NCBI RefSeq assembly: GCF_032337115.1 | Contig: NZ_JAVXZY010000003.1 | Coordinates: forward strand, 211,959 to 275,958 | Length of the DNA: 64,000 nucleotides | Source of the DNA: Roseateles aquae | GTDB taxonomy: Bacteria; Pseudomonadota; Gammaproteobacteria; Burkholderiales; Burkholderiaceae_C | Reading direction: 5' to 3' | Shown: positions 10,329-19,656 of the stretch, piece after piece | How the letters are laid out: each line of letters opens with the position of its first letter | Position numbering within the stretch: position 1 is the stretch's first letter | Notes under the pieces: generated by a model | Seen by the model: the letters and a program-made list of their open reading frames with translations, nothing else | The model's database searches: none | Told to the model about the DNA's origin: nothing | Translations under genes and position numbers: made by a program

Positions 10329-10946
10329 ATGACGCGACCGCTGTCCCTCGCTGCCTTGCTGCCCCGGCCTGCCTTGATGCTGGCCCGCGGCATGGCGCTG
10401 CTGCTGGTGGGCTGGCTCTTGCTCGCGCCGCTGGCCCGGGCCGAGGGCGTCAGCCTCAGCCACTTCAGCACCGAGCGGGCCGAGGACGGCCTGCTCCTGA
10501 GCTTCAGTACCCGCTTCGAGCTGCCCAAGCCGGTCGAGGAGGCGCTGTCCAAGGGCGTGCCCATCTATTTCCAGGCCGAGGTCAGCGTGTTTCGCAACCG
10601 CTGGTACTGGCGCGATCTGCGCGTGGCCAAGCAGACGCGCAATTGGCGGCTCAGCTACCAGCCGCTGACGCACCAGTACCGTGTCAGCACCGGCGGGCTG
10701 AACCAGAATTTCGAGACCCTGTCCGAGGCCGTGGCGGCCGTACGCGGCGCCTCGCAGTGGCGCCTGGCCGAGGCCCGGGAGCTGGAGGACGACGGGCGCT
10801 ATTACCTGGAGTTCAGCTACAAGCTGGACACCAGCCAGTTGCCGCGGCCGATGCAGATCGGCCTGGGTGCGCCGCAGGGCTGGGCCCTGAGCGTGGAGCG
10901 CAATCAAGGCCTCAACGCTGATTTCAGCCTCAAGACGCAACCATGA
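10329..10946 (+). CDS. DUF4390-domain periplasmic protein
   Basis: Signal peptide. The conserved position between rsmB and the NtrY-like kinase and the pattern YFQAEVSVFRNRWYWRDL are typical of DUF4390. Confidence 0.7.
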   Translation: MTRPLSLAALLPRPALMLARGMALLLVGWLLLAPLARAEGVSLSHFSTERAEDGLLLSFSTRFELPKPVEEALSKGVPIYFQAEVSVFRNRWYWRDLRVAKQTRNWRLSYQPLTHQYRVSTGGLNQNFETLSEAVAAVRGASQWRLAEARELEDDGRYYLEFSYKLDTSQLPRPMQIGLGAPQGWALSVERNQGLNADFSLKTQP

Positions 10947-13216
10947 CCAGGTCGGCGCGTTGGGCCTGGGTGGTGTCGGCCATTGCCGTGACCGGCGCTT
11001 GCGTGGTGCTGGCGCTGCTGCTGTCGATTGGCGCCACGTCCGAACGTGATTTCTTCCAGCGCAACTACGTCTGGCTCTACCGCGTGACGCTGGCGCTGGC
11101 GGTGCTGCTGGTGTTGGTGATCGCCATCGCTGCGCTGCGGCTGGCGCTGCGGCTGCGCCAGGGCAAGTTCGGCAGCCGCTTGCTGCTCAAGCTGGCCGGC
11201 ATCTTTGCGCTGGTGGGGGTGGTGCCGGGCGTGCTGATCTATACCGTCAGCTACCAGTTCGTGAACCGCAGCATCGAGAGCTGGTTCGATCAGCAGCTGG
11301 CCGGCGCGCTGACCGCCGGGCTGTCGCTGGGCACCGACACGCTGGACGCGCTGAAGACCGATCTGGGCCTGAAGACCCGCAGCGCCGCCGAGCGGCTCAG
11401 CGATATCGGCAGCCTGCCACAGACGCTGGCGCTGGAGCGGGTGCGCGACCAGCTCGCGGCGCGCAGCGTCTCGCTGATCGGTGGCAATGGCCAGGTGCTG
11501 TTCTCCGTCGGTGAATCGAGCAGCGCGCTGGCGCCGGATCGCCCCGATGCGAGCTTGTTGCGCCTGGCTCGCGGCCCCAAGGGCTGGACCAGCAAGGTGG
11601 AAGACCTGGACGTCGAGACGCCGGCCTCGGTGGGGCACGCCCGCATCCGCGCGCTGGCCCTGCTGCCCAGCAGCAACTTCAGCCTGGGTGCCTCCGACCG
11701 TTATCTGATGGTGGTGCAGGGCCTGCCCAGCACCTTGGCCACCAATGCGCTGGCGGTGGCCGCCGCCAACAGCGAGTACCAGAAGCGGGCCTTGGGCCGC
11801 GAAGGCCTGCGCGAGTTCTACCTCGGCACGTTGACTCTGGTGCTGATCCTGGCCGTGTTCGGCGCGCTGCTCTTGGCGGTGACATTGGGCAATCAGCTGG
11901 CCCGGCCGCTGCTGCTGTTGGCCGATGGTGTGCGCCAGGTGGCGCAGGGCGATCTGACCGCCAAGCCGGTGCTGGCCTCGCGCGATGAACTGGGCGGCCT
12001 GACCCGCTCCTTTGCCGACATGACCCAGCAGCTGGCCGATGCCCGCGGCCTGGTCGAGAAAAGCGTGGTCCAGCTGGAGCGCGCCCGCACCAATCTGCAG
12101 ACGATTCTGGACAACCTGACCGCTGGCGTGATCGTCTTTGACGCCCAGGGCCTGATCGATACCGTCAACCCCGGCGCGACGCGCATCCTGCGCCTGCCCT
12201 TGTCGGCCTACCGTGGCCGCCGGCTCGACGAGGTGCCGCATCTGGAGGCCTTTGCGCGCGGCGTCTGGCAGCGCTTCGAGACCCAGGAAGACAGTCCCGA
12301 GGCGGGCGAGCGCGGCCACTGGCAGGAGTCTTTCGAGCTGCAGATGGATGCCAGCCAGGATGTGCTAACGCTGCTCGTGCGCGGCGCAGCGTTGCCGCAG
12401 TCGGCCCGGCTGATGGTGTTTGACGACATCAGCGAGGTCGTCTCGGCACAGCGCTCGGCCGCCTGGAGCGAGGTGGCGCGGCGCCTGGCCCACGAGATCA
12501 AGAACCCGCTGACGCCGATTCAGCTCTCCGCCGAGCGGCTGCAGCACAAGCTCGAGGCCAAGCTCGAAGGCACCGACCAGGCCATGCTGGTGCGCTCGGT
12601 CAGCACCATCGTCAACCAGGTGCAGGCGATGAAGCAGCTGGTCAACGAATTCCGCGACTACGCCCGGCTGCCCGCGGCGCGCCTGGTGCAACTTGATTTG
12701 AATGAGCTGGTGGCCGAGGTGCTGCAGCTCTATGTGTCGGCCCAGGAGGCAGGGCGGCTTCATGCCGAGCTGGACAGCGATCCGCCGCATATCGTTGGTG
12801 ACGCGACCCAGCTGCGCCAGGTCATCCACAATCTGGTGCAGAACGCGCTGGATGCGGTGAGCGAGCGCGAGCACGGCCATGTGCTGGTGCGCACGCAGAA
12901 GGCGCTGAATGAAAACGGCGAGTTGCGCGGTCTGCGTCTGCTGGTGACGGACAATGGCCCCGGCTTTGCCGACAAGGTGCTCAAACGCGCCTTTGAACCC
13001 TATGTCACCACCAAGTCCAAAGGCACCGGCCTGGGCTTGGCGGTGGTGAAGAAGATTGCAGATGAACACGGCGCTCGTATCAGGCTGGTGAACCTGCACA
13101 AACAAGGCGACGAGGCCGAGCCGGTGATAGGCGCGCAAGTTTCGTTATCATTTTCGAAACTCGCGACTGCACCGAGCCCGGCCGATGCGCCCAGCGACGA
13201 GCACAGGCCCGCGTGA
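10943..13216 (+). CDS. ntrY: NtrY-like sensor histidine kinase (TM-HAMP-PAS-HisKA-HATPase)
   Basis: Domain order is N-terminal TM helices, HAMP, PAS, the H-box LAHEIKNPLTPIQLSAERL, the N/G boxes (HNLVQNALDA, DNGPGF, GTGLGLAVVKKI). Its ATGA start overlaps the DUF4390 stop. Confidence 0.8.
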   Translation: MTRSARWAWVVSAIAVTGACVVLALLLSIGATSERDFFQRNYVWLYRVTLALAVLLVLVIAIAALRLALRLRQGKFGSRLLLKLAGIFALVGVVPGVLIYTVSYQFVNRSIESWFDQQLAGALTAGLSLGTDTLDALKTDLGLKTRSAAERLSDIGSLPQTLALERVRDQLAARSVSLIGGNGQVLFSVGESSSALAPDRPDASLLRLARGPKGWTSKVEDLDVETPASVGHARIRALALLPSSNFSLGASDRYLMVVQGLPSTLATNALAVAAANSEYQKRALGREGLREFYLGTLTLVLILAVFGALLLAVTLGNQLARPLLLLADGVRQVAQGDLTAKPVLASRDELGGLTRSFADMTQQLADARGLVEKSVVQLERARTNLQTILDNLTAGVIVFDAQGLIDTVNPGATRILRLPLSAYRGRRLDEVPHLEAFARGVWQRFETQEDSPEAGERGHWQESFELQMDASQDVLTLLVRGAALPQSARLMVFDDISEVVSAQRSAAWSEVARRLAHEIKNPLTPIQLSAERLQHKLEAKLEGTDQAMLVRSVSTIVNQVQAMKQLVNEFRDYARLPAARLVQLDLNELVAEVLQLYVSAQEAGRLHAELDSDPPHIVGDATQLRQVIHNLVQNALDAVSEREHGHVLVRTQKALNENGELRGLRLLVTDNGPGFADKVLKRAFEPYVTTKSKGTGLGLAVVKKIADEHGARIRLVNLHKQGDEAEPVIGAQVSLSFSKLATAPSPADAPSDEHRPA

Positions 13217-13229
13217 ACAGTAGGCAGAC

Positions 13230-13937
13230 ATGGCAACCATTCTTGTTGTAGACGATGAGCTGGGCATACGCGCCCTGCTGTCAGAGATCCTCTCCGACGA
13301 GGGGCACACGATCGAACTGGCAGAGAACGCCCAGCGCGCCCGCGCCGTCCGCGAGCGCATGCGGCCCGACCTCGTGCTGCTGGACATCTGGATGCCCGAT
13401 GTCGACGGCGTGACGCTGTTGAAGGAATGGGGCAGCAGCGGCCAGCTGACGATGCCGGTGATCATGATGAGCGGCCACGGCACCATCGACACCGCCGTCG
13501 AGGCCACCAAGTACGGCGCCATCGCCTTCCTGGAAAAGCCGATCACGCTGCAAAAGCTCTTGCGCGCGGTCGAGCAGGCGCTGGTGAAGACGGCGCCGCG
13601 GCCGGCCCCGGTGGTCGGCCTGCCCAGCTACAGCCGCAGCGAGATGCTGCTGCCACCGAGCCATCAGCCGGTCAGCCTGAACAGCGGCGTCAGCACTCCG
13701 CAGCCCAGCCTGCCTGCCCAGGGCCTGGCCTCGGAGCAACTGTTCGAGCTCGACCGCCCGCTGCGCGAAGCCCGCGACGCCTTCGAGAAGAGCTATTTCG
13801 AGTTCCATCTGGCCAAGGAGAACGGCTCGATGACCCGCGTGGCCGAGAAGACCGGCCTGGAACGGACCCATCTGTACCGCAAGCTCAAACAATTGGGCGT
13901 CGATCTTTCAAGAAATAAGCGCAGCAACGGAATTTAG
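13230..13937 (+). CDS. ntrX: NtrX-like response regulator (REC + Fis-type HTH, no AAA+ sigma54 module)
   Basis: REC motifs ILVVDDE...DLVLLDIWMPDVDG...IMMSGHG and a C-terminal HTH (MTRVAEKTGLERTHLYRKLKQLG). At 235 aa it cannot hold a central sigma54-activator domain. Confidence 0.75.
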   Translation: MATILVVDDELGIRALLSEILSDEGHTIELAENAQRARAVRERMRPDLVLLDIWMPDVDGVTLLKEWGSSGQLTMPVIMMSGHGTIDTAVEATKYGAIAFLEKPITLQKLLRAVEQALVKTAPRPAPVVGLPSYSRSEMLLPPSHQPVSLNSGVSTPQPSLPAQGLASEQLFELDRPLREARDAFEKSYFEFHLAKENGSMTRVAEKTGLERTHLYRKLKQLGVDLSRNKRSNGI

Positions 13938-14004
13938 TGTTATAGTCATGGTCTTCGCTGATTACGGCGCTGCAGCAGCAGGGCCAAAACAGTGAAGTGA
14001 AGAT

Positions 14005-14080
14005 GGCCTGGTAGCTCAGTTGGTAGAGCAGCGGATTGAAAATCCGCGTGTCGGTGGTTCGATTCCGCCCCAGGCCACCA
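14005..14080 (+). tRNA. tRNA-Phe (GAA)
   Basis: Cloverleaf read by eye. The acceptor pairs GGCCTGG/CCAGGCC, the anticodon loop is TTGAAAA, the T-arm is GGTTCGATTCC, and CCA is encoded. Confidence 0.85.
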
Positions 14081-14126
14081 AGACAATGGACTGCTGTTCA
14101 CCAAACAGCGGGCCGCAAAAGTCAAA

Positions 14127-14212
14127 GCGGGATTAGCTCAGTTGGTAGAGCGATACCTTGCCAAGGTATAGGTCGAGAGTTCGAGCCTCTTATCCCGCTC
14201 CATATCAGCCGC
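14127..14212 (+). tRNA. tRNA-Gly (GCC)
   Basis: The acceptor pairs GCGGGAT/ATCCCGC, the anticodon loop is TTGCCAA, the T-arm is AGTTCGAGCCT, and CCA is encoded. Confidence 0.85.
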
Positions 14213-14223
14213 TCAGGCATCTT

Positions 14224-14298
<75 letters not shown>

Positions 14299-14337
14299 GT
14301 CAGAAGGCAGCCCGGGTAGAGCCGGCAAAAAATTGAA

Positions 14338-14372
14338 AGCCCCGCACAGTTCGCTGTCCGGGGCTTTTCTGT
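14338..14372 (+). terminator. Rho-independent terminator of the tRNA cluster
   Basis: The GC stem GCCCCGCACAG...CTGTCCGGGGC is followed by TTTTCTGTTT. Confidence 0.7.
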
Positions 14373-14684
14373 TTCTGGCTGTTCATCTACAAGCTGTGGA
14401 GGCGCATAGCGCGGCCTTGGACGAGTGACGAGGCGAGTGCGCCAAGTTGCCAACGTCGGTTGCAGGCTTGGCCCGAGTCTCCCGAAACTTGAACTCCACG
14501 CCGGCCGCACGCCGCGCCATGTCGAAGCGCGAGCGCAGGCCGAACATGCCCCGCACCTTGTCGTCATCGTCCTGAATCAGTCAAGCGCCATGTAGGGCTG
14601 TGCTGGCAAAAAGGGGCAAGCCCCGGACGGCGCGCTGTCCAGGGCTTCTTGGGCGGGTGATCGATGTTCGTCTGGCGCAGGGGC

Positions 14685-15515
14685 TCAGGCCGCAGGCGCT
14701 TCAAACGCCGTCATGACCCGCTGGCGCACGTCGCGTGAGGCTGAGCGTTTCCAGTGCAGGCTCAGAATGAGCCGGCCGACGAGTTTGAGTGCCACGGCCA
14801 GGCTCGCCCATGCAAACAGCGTGAAAAGCAGCAGGCTGAACAGATTTGCTGGCAGCTTGTCCTTGCCAGGTTGGCTGCTTGAGGCCGACCACTGACTGAG
14901 GTCGGCAATCAGGGAGGCGCCGCCCGAAGCGGCCTGGCTCAGCACCAGCTGCGCGCCCTCGAGTAGCGAAATGGGGCCGTGCGCAGGCTCCAGCAAGACC
15001 GCCAGTGCGCCGCTGTTGCTCGGGTGCTTGTGGGCATAGACGATGAGCAGCGCCGCGATCACGGCGATGGCCAGCGTCAGCCAGTTGCTGAGCAGACGGT
15101 ACCAAAGCGGACGGCGCAGCAGCCCTTGCGCCATCGCCCAGTTCAGCCAGTCCGGCACCAGGGCATGGGTCTCGCCACTGGCGAAGTTCTGAGTCAGCAG
15201 GGGCGTGCCTGGCTTGGAGCCAAGCTTGCCCCCGCGGGCGATCCGCACCCGTTGTCCGGCACGCAGTGCCAGGCCGGTGTCGGCCAGTCGGAAGGCGGTC
15301 TCCTTGCCATCGTCGGACCTGACCCAGAACTCCAGCTGCTCGCTGCTTGAAGTGCTGAGCTGGACATCGCTGATCAAACCTGAGCCCTGATTGATGTAGC
15401 CGCCACCGCCCGTGGCGCGGATCTGCGTCTCGCTCCACTTCTGCTGCGAGACGACCTCGCCCTCAATGAGCTCCATCCACATCTGGCCCGCCGGCATGTT
15501 GATGGTTCTTTGCAT
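14685..15515 (-). CDS. Hypothetical membrane protein (N-terminal soluble domain, then TM helices)
   Basis: 276-aa ORF with good coding GC3. Central hydrophobic segments are LTLAIAVIAALLIVYA and LFSLLLFTLFAWASLAVALKLVG. No family was recognised. Confidence 0.45.
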   Translation of the reverse strand: MQRTINMPAGQMWMELIEGEVVSQQKWSETQIRATGGGGYINQGSGLISDVQLSTSSSEQLEFWVRSDDGKETAFRLADTGLALRAGQRVRIARGGKLGSKPGTPLLTQNFASGETHALVPDWLNWAMAQGLLRRPLWYRLLSNWLTLAIAVIAALLIVYAHKHPSNSGALAVLLEPAHGPISLLEGAQLVLSQAASGGASLIADLSQWSASSSQPGKDKLPANLFSLLLFTLFAWASLAVALKLVGRLILSLHWKRSASRDVRQRVMTAFEAPAA

Positions 15516-15823
15516 CTCCCCCCCCCGTCCCAATTGAAAGCGGCGTCCAGCCTAACAGCTGTTGTGCATGAGCTCCGGCCAGTCGAGCATGGCGCTTGCA
15601 AATCGTCACAGCTGTGCTCGTTGGGGCGTGGGGCATTGGCCGACCTTGATGCCTGGCAAGCGTCGTTTGCCACGGCTACGTCCGCATCGGCGCGGCCACC
15701 GAAGTCGCGGGCCGGCTGCGCCCCTTCAGCGAGCGAGCCGCGAGGACTGTTGGCCCTGCTTTCGGGGCAGGGTCGCTGGCCGGACAATAGCGCCGATGCC
15801 CACTGCGATTCCGCCCACTACCG

Positions 15824-16240
15824 ATGCGCTCCTCCATCCATATCGTCGACGTTGACCGCCTTGAGACCTGGACACGCTATCGCGCCGGGCTCTGCGACAG
15901 TTGCGCGGCGAATTGCTGCACGATGCCGGTGGAGATACGACTCGCTGATCTGGTGCGCCTGGAACTGGTCGACGCTTTCGAGGCCGAGCACGAGGAAGTG
16001 CGGCTGATTGCGCGGCGCCTGGTCAAGGCCAAGCTGGTCGAGCGCTACAACCACAAGGATGGCATCTTCACGCTGGCCCGCCGCGCCAATGGCGACTGCC
16101 AGTTTCTCGACGCGAAGTCGCGCCGCTGCACCGTCTACGAGCGGCGGCCGAACACCTGCCGCAAGCATCCGCAGGTGGGGCCGCGGCCGGGCTTTTGCCC
16201 CTACGGCGAGCGGCGCAGCGAGCAGAAGCCTGGGCGCTGA
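15824..16240 (+). CDS. YkgJ-family cysteine-cluster protein (UPF0153)
   Basis: Carries the CxxCxxCC signature (CDSCAANCC) plus downstream cysteines, and has the YkgJ size of 138 aa. Confidence 0.65.
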   Translation: MRSSIHIVDVDRLETWTRYRAGLCDSCAANCCTMPVEIRLADLVRLELVDAFEAEHEEVRLIARRLVKAKLVERYNHKDGIFTLARRANGDCQFLDAKSRRCTVYERRPNTCRKHPQVGPRPGFCPYGERRSEQKPGR

Positions 16241-16427
16241 ATCGAGCAGGCCTTGGCGGGATCTGAGCGTTCCAATTGAATGCGCTTTGCACGCCGCGCA
16301 GCGTGGTGCCTGCAGCAAGGCTAGCGCGACGGCGCTATGCGCCCAAGCTCTCGACGCATGACGCTAGCATGTCGGCCTTTGCTGCCAGGGTGCCAGCGCG
16401 CCCAGGCTCTGGTATGGGGACAAGACG

Positions 16428-17141
16428 ATGAGTCGAGAAGCGCAGAGCTCGCAAACGAATCACCTGCATCAGTGGATACAGGCCAATGAACTGGATCCGG
16501 CGCGGCGCGGCGCGCTGTGGCAGGCGCTGCTGACCGTGGCGCTGGCGATCGCTGCGCTGATTGGCGGCTCCATCGTGCAGGGCATGCTGAAGCTGCCCGT
16601 GGTGATGGGCTGGGGCCAGCAACTGGCAGCGCTGCTCGCGAGCGTGCTGATCGCCTGGGCGCTGGGTGAACCGCGCGCGCTGCTGGGCCTGCGCTGGCCG
16701 GCGCGGCAGGCCTGGTTGCATGCGGTGTGGGTCGGTCTGTCGATCACGGCCGTGGGCTGGGTCGCCGAGCGCTTCTTGCCGCCCGATCCGGCGCCGCTGA
16801 CGATCGAGTATTTCCTATACGAAGCGACGATGCCTGGCCTGGGCGAGGAGTTCAGCATGCGTGGCGCCTGGCTGTGCCTGCTGGTTGTGGGCTTGAGTCG
16901 CTTCGAGCGCCTGCCGGGGCGCGCTGCGCTGGCGCTCGCCATATCGGCGCTGCCCTTTGCCGCCCTGCATGTGCTTGAGGTCTCGGGCCTGCAACTGGTG
17001 GTGATCTTTCTCTACACCTTCTATGCCGCCGTGGCGCTGGGTTGGCTGCGCCTGAGCAGCGCGTCGATCTGGCCGGCCGTGCTGGCTCACAACGTGGCCA
17101 ATGTGGCCGGTGGCGTGATCAGTCTGCTGCTGCGCCACTGA
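16428..17141 (+). CDS. CPBP-family intramembrane metalloprotease (CAAX protease/Abi)
   Basis: Multi-TM protein with the CPBP motifs EEFSMRG, FAALH and HNVAN. Confidence 0.75.
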   Translation: MSREAQSSQTNHLHQWIQANELDPARRGALWQALLTVALAIAALIGGSIVQGMLKLPVVMGWGQQLAALLASVLIAWALGEPRALLGLRWPARQAWLHAVWVGLSITAVGWVAERFLPPDPAPLTIEYFLYEATMPGLGEEFSMRGAWLCLLVVGLSRFERLPGRAALALAISALPFAALHVLEVSGLQLVVIFLYTFYAAVALGWLRLSSASIWPAVLAHNVANVAGGVISLLLRH

Positions 17142-17148
17142 GCGGCAA

Positions 17149-18102
17149 CTACTCTGCCGCGGCCTCGCCCAGCAGTCGCAGCTGGGCAGGCGCCACGCCC
17201 AACACACGGCGCATCGCGCGGCGCAACCGTTCGCTATCGCCAAAGCCGCAGTCACGTGCCAGCTCTTGCAGTGAATGAACGCGCCCGGATGCCAGCGCGG
17301 CGCGCGCGGCCTCGACACGAAGGCGCTCAACCGCCTTGGCTGGCGTGGTGCCGGTTTCGGCGCTGAAGGCGCGGCTGAAATGGCGCGGGCTCATGCAGGC
17401 CCAGTCGGCCAGTTGTTCGACGCTGAGCGGCTCGCGCAGCGAGCGCCGCATGCGTTCCAGCAGCGCCGCGAAGCGCTCGCCCTGCAGTGCGGCCAGGGTC
17501 GAGAACTGCGATTGCCCACCCGGGCGCTGGTAGTAGACGACCAGCTCCTGCGCGACGCGACGCGCCAGCTCGGCGTCGCGGTCGCGGCTGAGCATGGCCA
17601 GGGCCAGGTCGATGCCGGCGCTGACGCCCGCGCTGCTCCAGATCTGGCCGTCCTGCACATGCAGGCTATTGGCCTCGAGCTGGACCTGCGGATGCTGACG
17701 TCGGAACTGCTCGACACGGCTCCAGTGGGTGCTGGCTCGCCGGCCATTGAGCAGCCCGGCCGCGGCCAGCAACAGGCTGCCCGAGCAGACGCTGGCAAGG
17801 CGCTTGTGCGCTGCGACAGCGCGCTGCAGCAGGCGCAGCAGCGCGGGGCGCTGGCAGGCCGCGTCGACCCCGCGGCCGCCAACGACCATCAAGGTGTCAA
17901 AGCTGTCCGTTCTCGGCAGCGCCTGCGCCTGCCAGGCGACGCCGGCCGAGCTGCGCACCAGGCCGGCCTGTTCGGCGACCACGCGCAGCTGGTAGGCGCC
18001 GGCCTCGTCAAACACGGACAGCGGCCCGGCGGCATCGAGCAGATGAAAGCCAGGGAAGATCAGCAGGGCAATACGGTGTTCGGCAGGCATGGCGAACATC
18101 AT
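17149..18102 (-). CDS. GlxA-family transcriptional regulator (DJ-1/PfpI domain + AraC HTH)
   Basis: The start was trimmed to MMFAMPAEHRIALLIFPGF. A DJ-1-like N-terminal domain precedes an AraC-type HTH in the C-terminal 100 aa (LSVEQLADWACMSPRHFSRAFSAETGTTPAKAVERLRVEAAR). It is divergent from a DJ-1/PfpI gene. Confidence 0.8.
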   Translation of the reverse strand: MMFAMPAEHRIALLIFPGFHLLDAAGPLSVFDEAGAYQLRVVAEQAGLVRSSAGVAWQAQALPRTDSFDTLMVVGGRGVDAACQRPALLRLLQRAVAAHKRLASVCSGSLLLAAAGLLNGRRASTHWSRVEQFRRQHPQVQLEANSLHVQDGQIWSSAGVSAGIDLALAMLSRDRDAELARRVAQELVVYYQRPGGQSQFSTLAALQGERFAALLERMRRSLREPLSVEQLADWACMSPRHFSRAFSAETGTTPAKAVERLRVEAARAALASGRVHSLQELARDCGFGDSERLRRAMRRVLGVAPAQLRLLGEAAAE

Positions 18103-18180
18103 GGCAGAAATTGCTTGAATAGCGACATTGCTGCCATCGGCGCACGATGCGAAGCTACAGGCTTTCAAGCCGAGGTAGCC

Positions 18181-18807
18181 ATGCCGATCGCCCAGCAGAG
18201 CAATAGCCGCAATGTCGCCATCCTGGTGTTCGACGAGGTCGAGGTGCTCGATTTCGCCGGCCCCTTCGAGGTCTTCTCGGTGGCCGGCAGCGAACTGCCC
18301 GCGGCGCCGTATGCGCCGTTCTTTCCCTATCTGATCGGTCTGAATACCCAGCCGGTGCAGGCGCGGGGCGGCTTTGTCGTGCAGCCACGCTATCGCTTCG
18401 ACGACGCACCGGCGCCCGATGTGCTGCTGATACCGGGCGGTAACGGCACGCGCCGGCTGCTCAAGCACCCGGCGCTCTTGCAATGGCTGCGCGAACAGGC
18501 AGCGCGTGTCGAGGTGCTGGCCAGCGTCTGCACCGGCGCACTGGTGCTGGGCGCGTCAGGCCTGCTGGACGGGCGCCGCGTCTGCACCCATCACCAGGCC
18601 TACGAGCGTCTGCGCGAGCTGGCCCCAGGCGCTCTGCCCCAAGAGGGCCGCCGCTTTGTGCAGGACGGTGCGCTGTGGACCTCCGGCGGCATTTCGGCTG
18701 GCATCGATATGTCGCTGGCCCTGGTGCAGGCGCTGGTCGGTGACACAGCGCCGGTGCGCGCGGAGATGGAATGGATGTGGGTGGATCAAGGAGACGCCGC
18801 AGCCTGA
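18181..18807 (+). CDS. DJ-1/PfpI family protein
   Basis: Motifs VAILVFDEVEVLDFAGPFEVF and the nucleophile elbow LASVCTGALVLGASGLLDGRRVCTHH. The start was trimmed to MPIAQQ at 18181. Confidence 0.8.
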   Translation: MPIAQQSNSRNVAILVFDEVEVLDFAGPFEVFSVAGSELPAAPYAPFFPYLIGLNTQPVQARGGFVVQPRYRFDDAPAPDVLLIPGGNGTRRLLKHPALLQWLREQAARVEVLASVCTGALVLGASGLLDGRRVCTHHQAYERLRELAPGALPQEGRRFVQDGALWTSGGISAGIDMSLALVQALVGDTAPVRAEMEWMWVDQGDAAA

Positions 18808-18981
18808 AGAGCGCGGCTTTCGTTGCTGTGCTTCAGCGCGGTCTGCCTGGCAAGGTGTTGAGCCTGATGCGCCTTGCCGTCAATCCCCATTTCTTACATC
18901 GTGATCGACCGCAACTGCGCTTGCCCTGACCCTGGGCCGCTCCCATAATCGCCCGCAATTCAACGGGGGGAGGTGCTGCCC

Positions 18982-19656
18982 ATGTTCAATATCGCCGGCA
19001 AGGCCTATGCGATGAATGTGATCACGCCGGTGCGACCGCGCCTGGCCTGGGTCAACAAGCTGATCTTCTGGTTCGCACTGAAATTTCCGTCCACGCTCAA
19101 GGGCCTGATCACGCTGTCGCTGATCCACTATGCGCGCTGGGTCATCATCGGCCGCGATCAGTTCCCGCATCTGTCGTCCGATCAGCCACGCGAGAAGCTG
19201 CGCTACAGCTACATGCTGTTCTTCAGCAACTTCAATGGCAGCTGGGATCAGTACGTCGATTCCTTCACCTTCTCCATCCCCAGCGGCCTGGACATGTTCT
19301 GGAAATGGAACATCCGCTACTCCAAATCGGTAGCGCTGACGCCCTTCCATCGCTACATCCAGTACAACCAGATCGAGACCCAGCATTACTACAACGCCTA
19401 TCCGCTGGCCGCCTCGAATGATGTGAAGAGCGCCAAGACGGTCAAGGACGCATTGATCGCCTTTGACGAAAAAGCCGACAAGGGCAGCGACGAAGAGTTC
19501 CAGAAGCGCTACCACACGCTGCTGCGTGGCCTGCAGCACGACCTCGGCGATATGTACCCGACGCCCATCGTCAGCATGGCGGCCTACCAGGTCGACCGGC
19601 GCAGCCACCATCTTCATCCGCAATCCCAGGGCATCAGCGACGGAGGGCAGGAATAA
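18982..19656 (+). CDS. Hypothetical protein, paralog A of a tandem pair upstream of a DyP peroxidase
   Basis: Starts at an ATG 10 nt after the RBS GGGGGAGG. Paralogous to the next gene (MFNIAGKAYAMNVITPV vs MGNISGNAYALTVLCPI, and YMLFFSNFNGSWDQYVDSF vs YLVFSCNFHGGPSANLDGY). No family was recognised. Confidence 0.6.
   Translation: MFNIAGKAYAMNVITPVRPRLAWVNKLIFWFALKFPSTLKGLITLSLIHYARWVIIGRDQFPHLSSDQPREKLRYSYMLFFSNFNGSWDQYVDSFTFSIPSGLDMFWKWNIRYSKSVALTPFHRYIQYNQIETQHYYNAYPLAASNDVKSAKTVKDALIAFDEKADKGSDEEFQKRYHTLLRGLQHDLGDMYPTPIVSMAAYQVDRRSHHLHPQSQGISDGGQE

Noticed and set aside
8805-10940. 711-aa minus-strand ORF antisense to rsmB/DUF4390, and similar long antisense ORFs (for example 4357-5667, 10904-12319, 12365-13138, 20905-21882, 50253-51431)
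   Set aside because: The same reasoning applies. Each overlaps a sense gene with clear family motifs and shows Arg/Ala/Gly-rich composition.
17275-18807. 510-aa plus-strand ORF
   Set aside because: Only the last 208 codons (from ATG 18181) encode the DJ-1/PfpI protein. The upstream part is antisense to the GlxA regulator gene.
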